Assembly (NCBI GenBank): GCA_035527655.1
Contig: DATLAB010000014.1
Coordinates: 33,099 to 97,098, forward strand
Source: Patescibacteria group bacterium
GTDB lineage: Bacteria > Chloroflexota > Anaerolineae > Promineifilales > Promineifilaceae
DNA length: 64,000 bases
Direction of reading: 5' to 3'
In this document: in pieces, positions 54,027-63,260 of the stretch
Numbering within the stretch: the first letter of the stretch is position 1
Layout: each line of letters opens with the position of its first letter
The notes under the pieces: generated by a model
Databases searched by the model: none
What the model was told of the DNA's origin: nothing
Seen by the model: only the letters and a program-made list of their open reading frames with translations
Made by a program: the position numbers and the translations under genes

Positions 54027-55085
54027 ATGGCTCGAGTATTTGATCGCGTAAATGCAGAACCTTGGTTAACAGATGAAATTGTCCAGAAATGGCCCAAAGG
54101 CGGCCCCGGAGATATCCGATGGGGCTCCCCATGTATCGTCAACCCTGGCGAAACGGCTATCTTCGTGCGCGGAGGTGAGCCTATGGGCACATTCACCTCA
54201 GGCACGCATGTATTGACAACCGCAAATCTACCAATATTGGCCAACCTTATTGGGAAAGCTTTCAACGATAAGACACCCTTCACTGCCGACGTCTATTTTA
54301 TTAAAACCACCGATTTGGCCTACAAGTGGGGAACGACAGCGCCAATCATCGTCGAGCATGCCAATCGAGGACCAGGCGCCAGTGCTATTATCGGTAATGG
54401 CACTTATATCTCAAAGGTCAAAGAGCCATGGCGGTTCTTGACTGCCATGGATGCCTTCAGGACCAGCGTTCGCCTGCCCCAATTGAAACAGCGACTTGAT
54501 CCCATGTTGGGAGTAATGATCCAGGACAAACTCAGCGAGCTAGCCATTGCCAAGAATCTTGGCCCGGCCCAACTTCAATCTTTCTCCCAAGATCTAAACG
54601 ACTTATTAGTGGGCTTGCTCCAGGCTGACTTCGATGCGATTGGGATGGTCCTGGTTGATTTCAATATCCGAATGAGCCTGCATCCTGAGTCGATGGAAGT
54701 TGTGACTCGGATGGGTTATGGCACCAGCTATGCCCAGATGAAATCGCTGGACGTTGGCATGACTGCGGCTGAGTCAGGCGGCGGAGGCGGGCTTGGAGAA
54801 TTAGGCATGGGTATGATGGGTATGTCGGCCATGCAACAGCAGATGCAGCAACAGCAGCAACAGCAGCAACAACCCAGCCAACAGCAAGCAGCGGCCGCAA
54901 GTGCACCGGCAGGCGCATCAAACGAAATACCTGAAGTTATGACCCCGGCCCAGGCGGCGGCTTTTGTTCAAGTAGAGGAATCGGATATCCTGGCCGCCAT
55001 AGAATCTGGCGATTTGAAGGCTCGCAAGATTGGTACTGCCTTTAGAATCAGCAAGGCTAATCTTGAAGAGTTCCTTGGTGGATAA
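54027..55085 (+). CDS. SPFH/Band-7 (COG4260, YdjI-like) domain protein fused to a poly-Gln linker and a C-terminal excisionase-type HTH
   Basis: The N-domain (IVNPGETAIFVRGGEPMGTFTSGTHVLTTANLPILANLIGKAF...PFTADVYFIKTTDL) resembles the YdjI/virion-core-like SPFH family. QQQMQQQQQQQQQPSQQQ follows. The C-terminus MTPAQAAAFVQVEESDILAAIESGDLKARKIGTAFRISKANLEEFL is HTH_17-like. Confidence 0.7.
   Translation: MARVFDRVNAEPWLTDEIVQKWPKGGPGDIRWGSPCIVNPGETAIFVRGGEPMGTFTSGTHVLTTANLPILANLIGKAFNDKTPFTADVYFIKTTDLAYKWGTTAPIIVEHANRGPGASAIIGNGTYISKVKEPWRFLTAMDAFRTSVRLPQLKQRLDPMLGVMIQDKLSELAIAKNLGPAQLQSFSQDLNDLLVGLLQADFDAIGMVLVDFNIRMSLHPESMEVVTRMGYGTSYAQMKSLDVGMTAAESGGGGGLGELGMGMMGMSAMQQQMQQQQQQQQQPSQQQAAAASAPAGASNEIPEVMTPAQAAAFVQVEESDILAAIESGDLKARKIGTAFRISKANLEEFLGG
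54834..54887 (+). repeat. CAG/CAA trinucleotide tract encoding poly-Gln
   Basis: The sequence caacagcagatgcagcaacagcagcaacagcagcaacaacccagccaacagcaa is in frame with the 54027 ORF. Confidence 0.9.
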
Positions 55086-55211
55086 ATCCAGAAGTAATGA
55101 ATTGATCAGTTCAAAAACTGAATAGTCGACTAATATTTCTCGGACCAGGTTAGCACCAATCACAGGCTCTGTTGGCATCCCTTGGTGAGAGCGGTTCACT
55201 TCTTGGAAGTT

Positions 55212-57191
55212 CTATTTTCCGGCCAACGATTCATGCCAGGTAGCCCGGATCTGTTCATCTGACAAGCTAGATTCGAGCAACCAGCCAACCAGCGAGCCAC
55301 AGTCCGCACAAAATTCAGCACTGCTGGAAAATTTTATTTTTGTCGGCCGTACCCATTCGGGACTTGGGTTAATTGAAGTCGGCGCCAGAACCAATATGGC
55401 ATCGTCAGTAAGCGCTCGCAAATTATTGATGTGTACCGAGATTGGGTTTTCAGAATGAACGACATACCGATTTATCAGTGCGAAGCTGGCTCGCCTGAGC
55501 GCAATGGTCAGTGCCGCCCAGCTATCTGCCTTCCAATGATGAAATGTGAAAACCAAGCGAGCGTTGTCCTTTCGCATTACACGATGGCACTCTGCGAAGA
55601 TTCTGTACATCAATTCTACGTAATACTCGAAAGTCTCCGAAACTTGACCAGAAGTTGTTCTATCGCCGACAAAATGAGGAACTTCATAGTCCCAGTCGAT
55701 TTTTTCATCCGTCCCATTCCTAACTAATTGCCGGAGCCATACGCGAAAGAAAGCCGATAAATCGCCATATTCCACGCTATCGTAGTAAGGTGGGTCGGTC
55801 ACTACAAAGTCGACGCTTCCGTCAGCCAGGTTGAGAGATACGGAAGAGGTCTGGCGAAGGTAGAATTTGTGATTACCCGTCGTCAATTCGGCCGGATCAT
55901 CCACCTCAATGCCGCTGTCAACTTCGTCTTGAATGATAGCGAATTTCTTACCATCGCCAGAGATATTTCGTTCTCGGGGCAAGGCGGCCCACTTTCTCGC
56001 CTGGATTACCCGATCATAGAACAATTTCCGCAACGTGCCTGAGGACCTGGAGGGATACAGAGGATTATTCTCTAGCGCTGTATAGGGAAACGAGTATGCA
56101 TGATGCGAAAAAGCATGTCTTATCGCCCCGGCTCTCCGCTTTTCAGCCCCTTTATATCCACAAAGCATTGAGTTAAATTCTAGAGATGTAGAAACGAGCA
56201 GCGCCAAGGGCAATCTGATATCGGGATCGATTCGGTTTAAGTGATCAATGGCTGTTTTAAGATAGATCAGTTGCCGGCTTGAAAATAGATCTTTGTAGCT
56301 CTTAATGCCGCGCCGAAGGAGATCGTTGGATTTTGGTCCGGCAACAACAGTCAGATTGGTGTAAAAATTCAGCCCTTCTCGATGCGCATTAGCTCGCCGA
56401 ATTTGGTCAATATCTCGTTCCTCGACGCCTTTGAAGAAAGGACCGTGCTCAGCACACACACCGGCCGAAACCAGCGCCGTGTAGCGGCTGTAATAAGGTT
56501 TGTCGAGCTCCTCTTTAAATGCGCCCTTACATACCGCACATTTCTGGACCGTTTTGTCGAACACAGGGGTTAACGAAGGCGCGACCAAATGATTGGGACA
56601 CTGTTCAACATCATGGACTTGGTGACAATGGGAGCAAAACCTGATGATCGCCTGGTTTCCTTCGTGCCTTAAAACCAACGAATCCACATGAATCGCCGGA
56701 CCACATTGGCAATATCTTTGCAGGCCATATAGCGTATAGCGCAAAGAATCCTGGAGTTGACACGTTGGGCAGGCAACTATCGAGACAGGTTCGAGGTCCT
56801 GACGAATTGCCTCTACCAACTGAAGAAAAGGTCCTTCCAGATCGTCGGAGGGAATCCCTGACAATGATGCCCTGGCCTGCAGGATGGGTATTGGATCAAC
56901 GTCAAATCCGATAACATTAGCGCCCAGTCGAATCGCTTCGTGAACCGTCGTCCCACCACCCATCATCGGATCAAGAATAACAAGTCCATCAAGGCCACCC
57001 GGTGTATAAAAGTCGCGATCCAGATCGTTTTGAGCTAATTGTTTTAGAATCAGCCTAAAGGTGGTTCCGCAGCGTCGCGCCCACCACTTATGCAGGTACG
57101 TATTAGGGCGATAGAGGTGCTTATTGTATGATTCCAGGCGGGCGATTTTGTTCCCAAATTCCGAGTCAAAGGTCTGGTCAAGAGCGATCAT
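55212..57191 (-). CDS. DUF1156/COG1743-type amino-DNA methyltransferase with Zn-ribbon insertions
   Basis: The N-terminal HKWWARR is the DUF1156 signature. SAM motif DPMMGGGTTVHEAIRLGANVIGFDVDP, several CxxC pairs (CPTCQL...YCQCG, CSHCHQVHDVEQCPNH, CAVCKG) and catalytic VVTDPPYYD. The motif order I...IV is alpha-like. Confidence 0.85.
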   Translation of the reverse strand: MIALDQTFDSEFGNKIARLESYNKHLYRPNTYLHKWWARRCGTTFRLILKQLAQNDLDRDFYTPGGLDGLVILDPMMGGGTTVHEAIRLGANVIGFDVDPIPILQARASLSGIPSDDLEGPFLQLVEAIRQDLEPVSIVACPTCQLQDSLRYTLYGLQRYCQCGPAIHVDSLVLRHEGNQAIIRFCSHCHQVHDVEQCPNHLVAPSLTPVFDKTVQKCAVCKGAFKEELDKPYYSRYTALVSAGVCAEHGPFFKGVEERDIDQIRRANAHREGLNFYTNLTVVAGPKSNDLLRRGIKSYKDLFSSRQLIYLKTAIDHLNRIDPDIRLPLALLVSTSLEFNSMLCGYKGAEKRRAGAIRHAFSHHAYSFPYTALENNPLYPSRSSGTLRKLFYDRVIQARKWAALPRERNISGDGKKFAIIQDEVDSGIEVDDPAELTTGNHKFYLRQTSSVSLNLADGSVDFVVTDPPYYDSVEYGDLSAFFRVWLRQLVRNGTDEKIDWDYEVPHFVGDRTTSGQVSETFEYYVELMYRIFAECHRVMRKDNARLVFTFHHWKADSWAALTIALRRASFALINRYVVHSENPISVHINNLRALTDDAILVLAPTSINPSPEWVRPTKIKFSSSAEFCADCGSLVGWLLESSLSDEQIRATWHESLAGK

Positions 57192-57389
57192 GCTAATTCT
57201 TATTGAACCTAGGTTTAACGATATTTGGGACGATACTACTGTGGGCGATAGCCCTGCTTTAGTTTAGATGCAGCAAATACACAAATTGTAGCATTCATCC
57301 AACAATGTCCTCGATATCCATAATCAGTTTGAATTCTGCCCGACGACTCTCGTATGCTATTATTGTAACTACTCCAGGAGATTAGAGCT

Positions 57390-58337
57390 ATGGAAATAAT
57401 CGCTGAATTTGCCAGCAAGCTCGCAGACAACGTCGAAAAGGTCATAATTGGTAAACGCGAAGTCATCCACATGGCCATTATCGCTTTGCTTTGTGATGGC
57501 CATCTACTCCTGGAAGATGTCCCCGGAACCGGGAAAACCATGTTGGCCCGTTCTCTGGCCTTGTCATTGGGAGTAGATTTCAAACGTTTGCAGTGTACGC
57601 CAGATCTATTACCCAACGACGTAACAGGTGTTTCAATTTACAATCAAAGTGAGCAAGCCTTCAGCTTCATCCCTGGCCCAGCTTTCACAAATGTCCTCCT
57701 CTGCGACGAGATAAATAGAGCAACTCCGCGAACCCAGTCTGCCCTTCTGGAAAGCATGGGGGAACGCCAGATCACCGTTGACGGCACGACCTACAGTCTA
57801 AAGCGGCCATTTTTCGTCATAGCCACCCAGAATCCTATCGAGTACGAGGGCACCTTCCCCCTGCCCGAAGCCCAGCTTGATCGATTTATGATGAAGATCA
57901 GACTTGGGTATCTCGATAATCAATTGGAGAGCAGGATGCTGGTAAACCTGGGGAAAGAACACCCGGTAGAGAATCTAAACCAGGTTGTCGATGGTTACCA
58001 GATACCCGAACTGGCACGCCGGATTTGGGATGTCAATGTTGACCAAACCGTTCGAGATTATATTGTCCAGCTTGTCGTTGCTACCCGAGAGCATCCCAGC
58101 TTGGTTCTTGGCGCGAGTCCGCGCGGCAGCCATGCTCTCTACCGCGCTGCCCAGGCTCAAGCCGCCCTCAAGAATCGTGATTATGTTTTGCCCGATGATG
58201 TGAAGCAATTGGCCACGGTGGTCTTAGCCCACCGGTGTATTATACATCCGGAAAGCGCGCTCCGCGGTTTGAGCATGGATAGTATTATCACGGGCATCGT
58301 AAATGACACAGCTTTGGATATCGGTAAATTGACATGA
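57390..58337 (+). CDS. MoxR-family AAA+ ATPase
   Basis: Walker A in EDVPGTGKTMLARSLA, Walker B in LLCDEINRA, then TPRTQSALLESMGERQITVDG and VIATQNPIEYEGTFPLPEAQLDRF. Confidence 0.92.
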   Translation: MEIIAEFASKLADNVEKVIIGKREVIHMAIIALLCDGHLLLEDVPGTGKTMLARSLALSLGVDFKRLQCTPDLLPNDVTGVSIYNQSEQAFSFIPGPAFTNVLLCDEINRATPRTQSALLESMGERQITVDGTTYSLKRPFFVIATQNPIEYEGTFPLPEAQLDRFMMKIRLGYLDNQLESRMLVNLGKEHPVENLNQVVDGYQIPELARRIWDVNVDQTVRDYIVQLVVATREHPSLVLGASPRGSHALYRAAQAQAALKNRDYVLPDDVKQLATVVLAHRCIIHPESALRGLSMDSIITGIVNDTALDIGKLT

Positions 58338-59677
58338 CCGATTTACCCATCCTTATTGTCTTGCTGCTGGTCGTCGCCCTGCTTTTTCGGGTCGATTTCA
58401 TTTTCTACATCGTTTACGTAACTTTGGGTATCACCATCTGGAGCCATTGGTACACTCCTCGGGCATTGAGGCAACTGCACTTTAAGAGAGACTTCAATAG
58501 CCATGCCTTCCTAGGCGAAAAGATCTCGGTAAAGATCTTTGTGGATAATACCAGTTTTATACCTGTTCCCTGGTTACAGCTCGATGAGAGCATAGCCACC
58601 GAGCTAAGAGGGGGCAGAGAAATGAAGCAAGCTTTTACCCTTGCCGGGCGGTCAAGTAAATCTTTCAGCTACGATATTCGCGCTATGCGTCGCGGTTACT
58701 ATCAACTTGGACCGGGTCAAATTGCTGTGGGAGATTTATTTGGATTCAAAGAAAACAAGTCCCGCCTGCCACCGAACTATCTGACTATTTATCCACGGAT
58801 TGTTCCGATTTCCAGGATGCCCACCCAGGCTAAATTGCCTTTTGGAACAATAAGAACGAACCAGCGCCTGTTTAGAGATACATCACAGCCGGTTGGCGTT
58901 AGGAAGTACCAGCCTGGAGATTCTTTACGTCACATCAACTGGAAAGCCAGCGCTCACGCCGATGATCTGCTGGTCAAGGCGTACCAGCCTGTTATGTCCC
59001 TCGACACGATGATCCTGGTTAACCTGAATGTTGAGGAATTCAGCGCCAGAAATCGAATCGATGGACCAGAGTGGGCGATTATTCTAGCCGCTTCCCTGGC
59101 CACCTACCTCATAGAAAACCGCCAGGCTGTCGGTATGGCTTCAAACGGCTTTGATCCACTGCGAAAGAATTCCGATTTGGAGATGGAACCGGCGTTTTTT
59201 GATAAAGACTCTGGTCGCTTAAGCTCAAAATCCTCATCCAACGACCAGCATGGAGATACGGAGGAGAAAGGCATCAACACCAAGGGTATCTTTCCGCTGC
59301 CTATTCAACCAAATCCCGGCCGGTCACATCTAATGACAATCTTGGAGACACTGGCCCGTATCGAGGCCGGCCACGGTGAAATATTTTCAACTTGGTTGAC
59401 CGACGCCGTCTCATTTTTGGGTTGGGGCGTCACGATCCTGGTCATCAGCCCGACCGGTGACTTAAAAACATGTCGTTCGCTGCACAGTATGGTTCGTCGT
59501 GGATTCAACCCGATTTTGGTTAACCCTGAACCCTATGCGGACTTTCAGAGCATTCAGCGTAGAGCCCGGCCGTTTGGCTTCCTAGCCGTACATCTCAGCT
59601 CCGAGACAGAACTGCGGCGCTGGCTCAAGCCCCCTGACCGTGTCCAGATCTTTAATACGATGGGTTATTCCTCATGA
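58334..59677 (+). CDS. DUF58 domain protein (MoxR partner, vWA-like)
   Basis: The ATGA overlap with moxR, two N-terminal TM helices and VRKYQPGDSLRHINWKASAH are typical of DUF58. Confidence 0.85.
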   Translation: MTDLPILIVLLLVVALLFRVDFIFYIVYVTLGITIWSHWYTPRALRQLHFKRDFNSHAFLGEKISVKIFVDNTSFIPVPWLQLDESIATELRGGREMKQAFTLAGRSSKSFSYDIRAMRRGYYQLGPGQIAVGDLFGFKENKSRLPPNYLTIYPRIVPISRMPTQAKLPFGTIRTNQRLFRDTSQPVGVRKYQPGDSLRHINWKASAHADDLLVKAYQPVMSLDTMILVNLNVEEFSARNRIDGPEWAIILAASLATYLIENRQAVGMASNGFDPLRKNSDLEMEPAFFDKDSGRLSSKSSSNDQHGDTEEKGINTKGIFPLPIQPNPGRSHLMTILETLARIEAGHGEIFSTWLTDAVSFLGWGVTILVISPTGDLKTCRSLHSMVRRGFNPILVNPEPYADFQSIQRRARPFGFLAVHLSSETELRRWLKPPDRVQIFNTMGYSS

Positions 59678-61371
59678 AGAAGGGGCAGGATCTCTCTAGC
59701 CAGGATAGCGACGGCATGTTCAAGACCGAGGTTGGCAATTGGCAGTTATTTCTCATTTCAGTCGTCGTTCTAATGCTTTTCATGGGTCCTACAGTCCTGC
59801 TAGGAGAGATTATCCCAAGTGGGAACTGGCAGATCCTACCCCTATTAGTGGCGATTGTAGCGGCCGAGGGTGCCCGGACTACCCGATGGCTTCGTTCCGC
59901 CCAGCGTGGTCTCAATCGATCTTTTTACAGGCTGGCCGAAGCAATTTTCCTAATCGTCGTCATCACTCTCTTCTACTGGCTAACGACCGACACGAACATC
60001 CGCGGCAAAATGCTCGATAATTTTCTCGTGGCGCCGTTGTCTATTTTCAATACCAACCTGATTATCTTGATCAGCCTATGCCTGTTAGCCTGGGCATGGA
60101 GCAACCAATTGACGGGCATCTTTTCGAAGCTTGTTGTGAGTCGAGATGAATTAGAATATTTCACCACGCCATCATCTGAGCGAATTGAAAGAGGAATCGC
60201 CCCAGTCGTGCCTGTCTATCGAAATCGGCTATATCATGAATTCATCCACCATTGGGCCATTGGTGGCTTGCTCTTAGCCTTCTTGGCTATGGTGACCACC
60301 ATCGAAATGACGAGCGGCAATATTGAGGCCATTCAATCATTCGACTTTCGTGTTGTGACCCGATTAGGATTGCCACCGGTGATACTCATAGCTTTGGTTA
60401 TTTATTTCAGCGCTGGTTTCTGGTTGGCAAGCCGAGCCCGCCTGGCTGTTATGCAAGCCCGTTGGGTAGCCGGGGGACTTGAAATCGAATCCTCCATCCT
60501 ATCGAGTTGGCGCCAACAGGTAATCATCATCATCCTCGTCGTCTCGGTGCTGGCCGCTTTTCTACCCATTGGCTCAACGCTGGCGATCTCTGAGATTATC
60601 CAAGTAATACTAACCTATTCAATTACCGCCCTAAGCATTTTGCTTGGTCTGGTTCCGCTCCTCATCGCCGGATTGCTATCGCTATTTTCAAGCAGCATCA
60701 CGGCGTCAGAACCTTTGCCGATTGAGAAGATCTCGCCCATCGTACCCAATGCCGAGAGTTCTGAGCCGATATTCGAAATTCCGCCAATTATATTTCAAGG
60801 ACTATTCATCGCCAGTGTGTTGATTGTGATCCTGGTGGCTCTGTTATACTTTCTCAGAAATCGCGAGTTCAGATTTGACCTGGCCCGATTAATCGAGCCC
60901 TGGTCAAGATTAATTTCTCTGATATACAGATTGTGGCGCCGAATTTCAACTGGATCAACGGAACTGGTTGGCTCTATACGAATGAGATTGGAGACAGTAA
61001 CTTTACTAGGCCGTGAGCAGGTAACTCCCTGGCGGTTTCTTCCCATTCGCGGCCGATCTCCCAGGGAGAGAATACGCCATTATTACTTGTCTGTCTTGGA
61101 TCAGGCTGAAAAGCAAGGGGTTAGACGGGCGCCGGGCGAAACACCCCTTGAACATCAACAGAATCTGAGGAATAGTTGGCCCGAAGTAACAAGGGAAATA
61201 AACGATCTCACGCAACTGTTTCAAGAAGCCCGCTACAGTGGCCAGCCCATCACACTCCAAGCAGAAAATGAAGCAAAAACTATTTCCCAGCGATTACGGG
61301 CAGCCGTTCGTAGGAGTATTCAGAAGGTGCCGGTATCAGAGGAAGTCGATTCAGAGACAGTGGATCCTTAG
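59674..61371 (+). CDS. Polytopic membrane protein with a C-terminal DUF4129 domain
   Basis: It has an ATGA overlap with the DUF58 gene and many TM helices. The C-terminus RHYYLSVLDQAEKQGVRRAPGETPLEH...LTQLFQEARYSG is DUF4129-like. Confidence 0.65.
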   Translation: MKKGQDLSSQDSDGMFKTEVGNWQLFLISVVVLMLFMGPTVLLGEIIPSGNWQILPLLVAIVAAEGARTTRWLRSAQRGLNRSFYRLAEAIFLIVVITLFYWLTTDTNIRGKMLDNFLVAPLSIFNTNLIILISLCLLAWAWSNQLTGIFSKLVVSRDELEYFTTPSSERIERGIAPVVPVYRNRLYHEFIHHWAIGGLLLAFLAMVTTIEMTSGNIEAIQSFDFRVVTRLGLPPVILIALVIYFSAGFWLASRARLAVMQARWVAGGLEIESSILSSWRQQVIIIILVVSVLAAFLPIGSTLAISEIIQVILTYSITALSILLGLVPLLIAGLLSLFSSSITASEPLPIEKISPIVPNAESSEPIFEIPPIIFQGLFIASVLIVILVALLYFLRNREFRFDLARLIEPWSRLISLIYRLWRRISTGSTELVGSIRMRLETVTLLGREQVTPWRFLPIRGRSPRERIRHYYLSVLDQAEKQGVRRAPGETPLEHQQNLRNSWPEVTREINDLTQLFQEARYSGQPITLQAENEAKTISQRLRAAVRRSIQKVPVSEEVDSETVDP

Positions 61372-61375
61372 TGAC

Positions 61376-63169
61376 CTATCTCGGATCTGGCATTTTCCGA
61401 AGACTATCCAGCTCAACAATAATGGTAGGCCGGCCGCCTATGGCATACAGAACAGGGTCCCAGGGAGCATTTTGGTTGGTTGCTCCAGGCAGGTTCAACT
61501 CGTAATAGCCATTCGCCGGGTAAATGATCTGGCTCGTGCCATCGGGTAATATCTTAAGCGCAGAATTGCCCGTTGCTTCGAGCCTGGCGATCTGATCGCT
61601 CCCAACCCTTGACCACAAGCCGATGATTCTCTGACGTGACGCCGGCCGGTAGAAGGCTATCCACTCTTGCGGTCCGTTGTAGGGATCTGCTCCACCCGGA
61701 CGAAGACGCCAATACGGTTCGATCTCAGTAAAAATGGTGGTCAACAGCTTGAACGCTTCGAAATTATGTCTCGGTGATTCTGGCTGGGGATGTTGCCGGA
61801 AACACGCCGCATCAGTGGGATTGCTGAATAGACCGTTGGCATCCCCCGCACAGATTGGATAAGCCGGATTGCCGCACAATTCCCCCTGATGCGGTGGAAA
61901 GTCGGTTCCCCGAGGTTGATTTCCACAAGCATCGTACAGTTGGAAATGAAATATTGCATCAGCGCCGGCGAACATGGCATAAAAGGCCGTCTGAATTGTG
62001 TAATGAGCTTGCTCCACGGTGGATGCACGTAAAGCGCTGTTGGAGTCCCAGACTGGACCCGGATAATCATCCCAGGCGGGAACGCCTGTTTCGTTAAGCC
62101 AAATTGGCTTGTCCAATCCAAAATCCTTCATCACGCCGACGGCTCGGTAGACATGATACCATGACTGCCAGGCATAGAAATAACTATGCGTGGCCAAGAT
62201 ATCATGATAATAGCCTCGAGACGTGGCCTGAGGGTCGGTCGCGAATATTTGTAATACTTCTTCGTAATAGGTCAGGTGATTAACATTGTTAGCTAAAGCG
62301 CCGAATAAAACATGGGCCTCCGGATCGGCATGCTTCACTGCTAAATAACCAACCTTAAGCAATCGGGCATAGTCAGCCAAACTGCTGTCCCAAAACCAAT
62401 CCAAATCAGGCTCATTCCATATTTCCCAATAGGAGACGCCTGCTCCCAGAGGCAAATGATGTAGGCTAGCCAGCTCCCCTGCCGGTCTGTAACGACTAAC
62501 GGCAGAATATACAAATTTTGCCCAGACATTATTTTCGTTTATTGCTTTTCCCGGTAAGGGAATATCGGTGCCATCACTAAACACCGGCTCGAACAATCCC
62601 ACGGGGGATGCCGCCTGGGGGGATTCCATCAAAAACATACCCCGTTGGGATGGCCGGTCGGCCAGCGAATCACTCCCCGTTTGGTAAAATGATGGCGTTC
62701 CCAACAATATCGCATCGGTCTGGAACCCATGGGCCAGATCGCCGAGTACAACCCGATCTTGCGCCTGCCAATCGTATAAACCCTGCTCCAGTTCGACGCC
62801 AAACCAATAGATAGGCCAACGGTTAAAAGACGCCCCGGTTGCCCTCCCATTGGCATATTGTTGATCGTCGGCCGGGTCTTCGGCCGAGCTTATGAAATTC
62901 ACCCCATAAATCGGTCCCAGATCCTTCGTGGGTGGCAAGAGAATAATGGGAAAGTAGTATTGTTTGTCAGTAACCGGTATTTCGCCAGCCTTGAGGTTCG
63001 CTGAGGGATTCAAATTGTAAGCGGTCGATAAGAATAGGCATACGGCCGCTATCACAAGCAAACCGATTATTTTTCCGGCCAAGCTAGGCTCATCTCGGAG
63101 AGTCATGGGTGAGACTGTCAGTTTACTCCTCGATTTGCCGAGGTCCCCTTCTTCGGTTATCTTAACCAC
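61376..63169 (-). CDS. Membrane-anchored clan GH-A glycoside hydrolase-like protein
   Basis: TM IIGLLVIAAVCLFLSTAY, then YWEIWNEPDLDWFW (acid/base) and IWLNETGVP (nucleophile). It belongs to the same broad family as 51231..52466. Confidence 0.6.
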   Translation of the reverse strand: MVKITEEGDLGKSRSKLTVSPMTLRDEPSLAGKIIGLLVIAAVCLFLSTAYNLNPSANLKAGEIPVTDKQYYFPIILLPPTKDLGPIYGVNFISSAEDPADDQQYANGRATGASFNRWPIYWFGVELEQGLYDWQAQDRVVLGDLAHGFQTDAILLGTPSFYQTGSDSLADRPSQRGMFLMESPQAASPVGLFEPVFSDGTDIPLPGKAINENNVWAKFVYSAVSRYRPAGELASLHHLPLGAGVSYWEIWNEPDLDWFWDSSLADYARLLKVGYLAVKHADPEAHVLFGALANNVNHLTYYEEVLQIFATDPQATSRGYYHDILATHSYFYAWQSWYHVYRAVGVMKDFGLDKPIWLNETGVPAWDDYPGPVWDSNSALRASTVEQAHYTIQTAFYAMFAGADAIFHFQLYDACGNQPRGTDFPPHQGELCGNPAYPICAGDANGLFSNPTDAACFRQHPQPESPRHNFEAFKLLTTIFTEIEPYWRLRPGGADPYNGPQEWIAFYRPASRQRIIGLWSRVGSDQIARLEATGNSALKILPDGTSQIIYPANGYYELNLPGATNQNAPWDPVLYAIGGRPTIIVELDSLRKMPDPR

Positions 63170-63260
63170 TTACACCAACCCTTATATCAAAAAAATGCGC
63201 TTTTCTCACTACCAAAAGATTATAGCCCGTTAGCAAATTATCGTTGATGAGGATCAATTG

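Noticed and set aside
57236-57616. 126-aa minus-strand ORF overlapping the start of the MoxR gene
   Set aside because: It overlaps the well-supported MoxR Walker A region and has no motif or SD.
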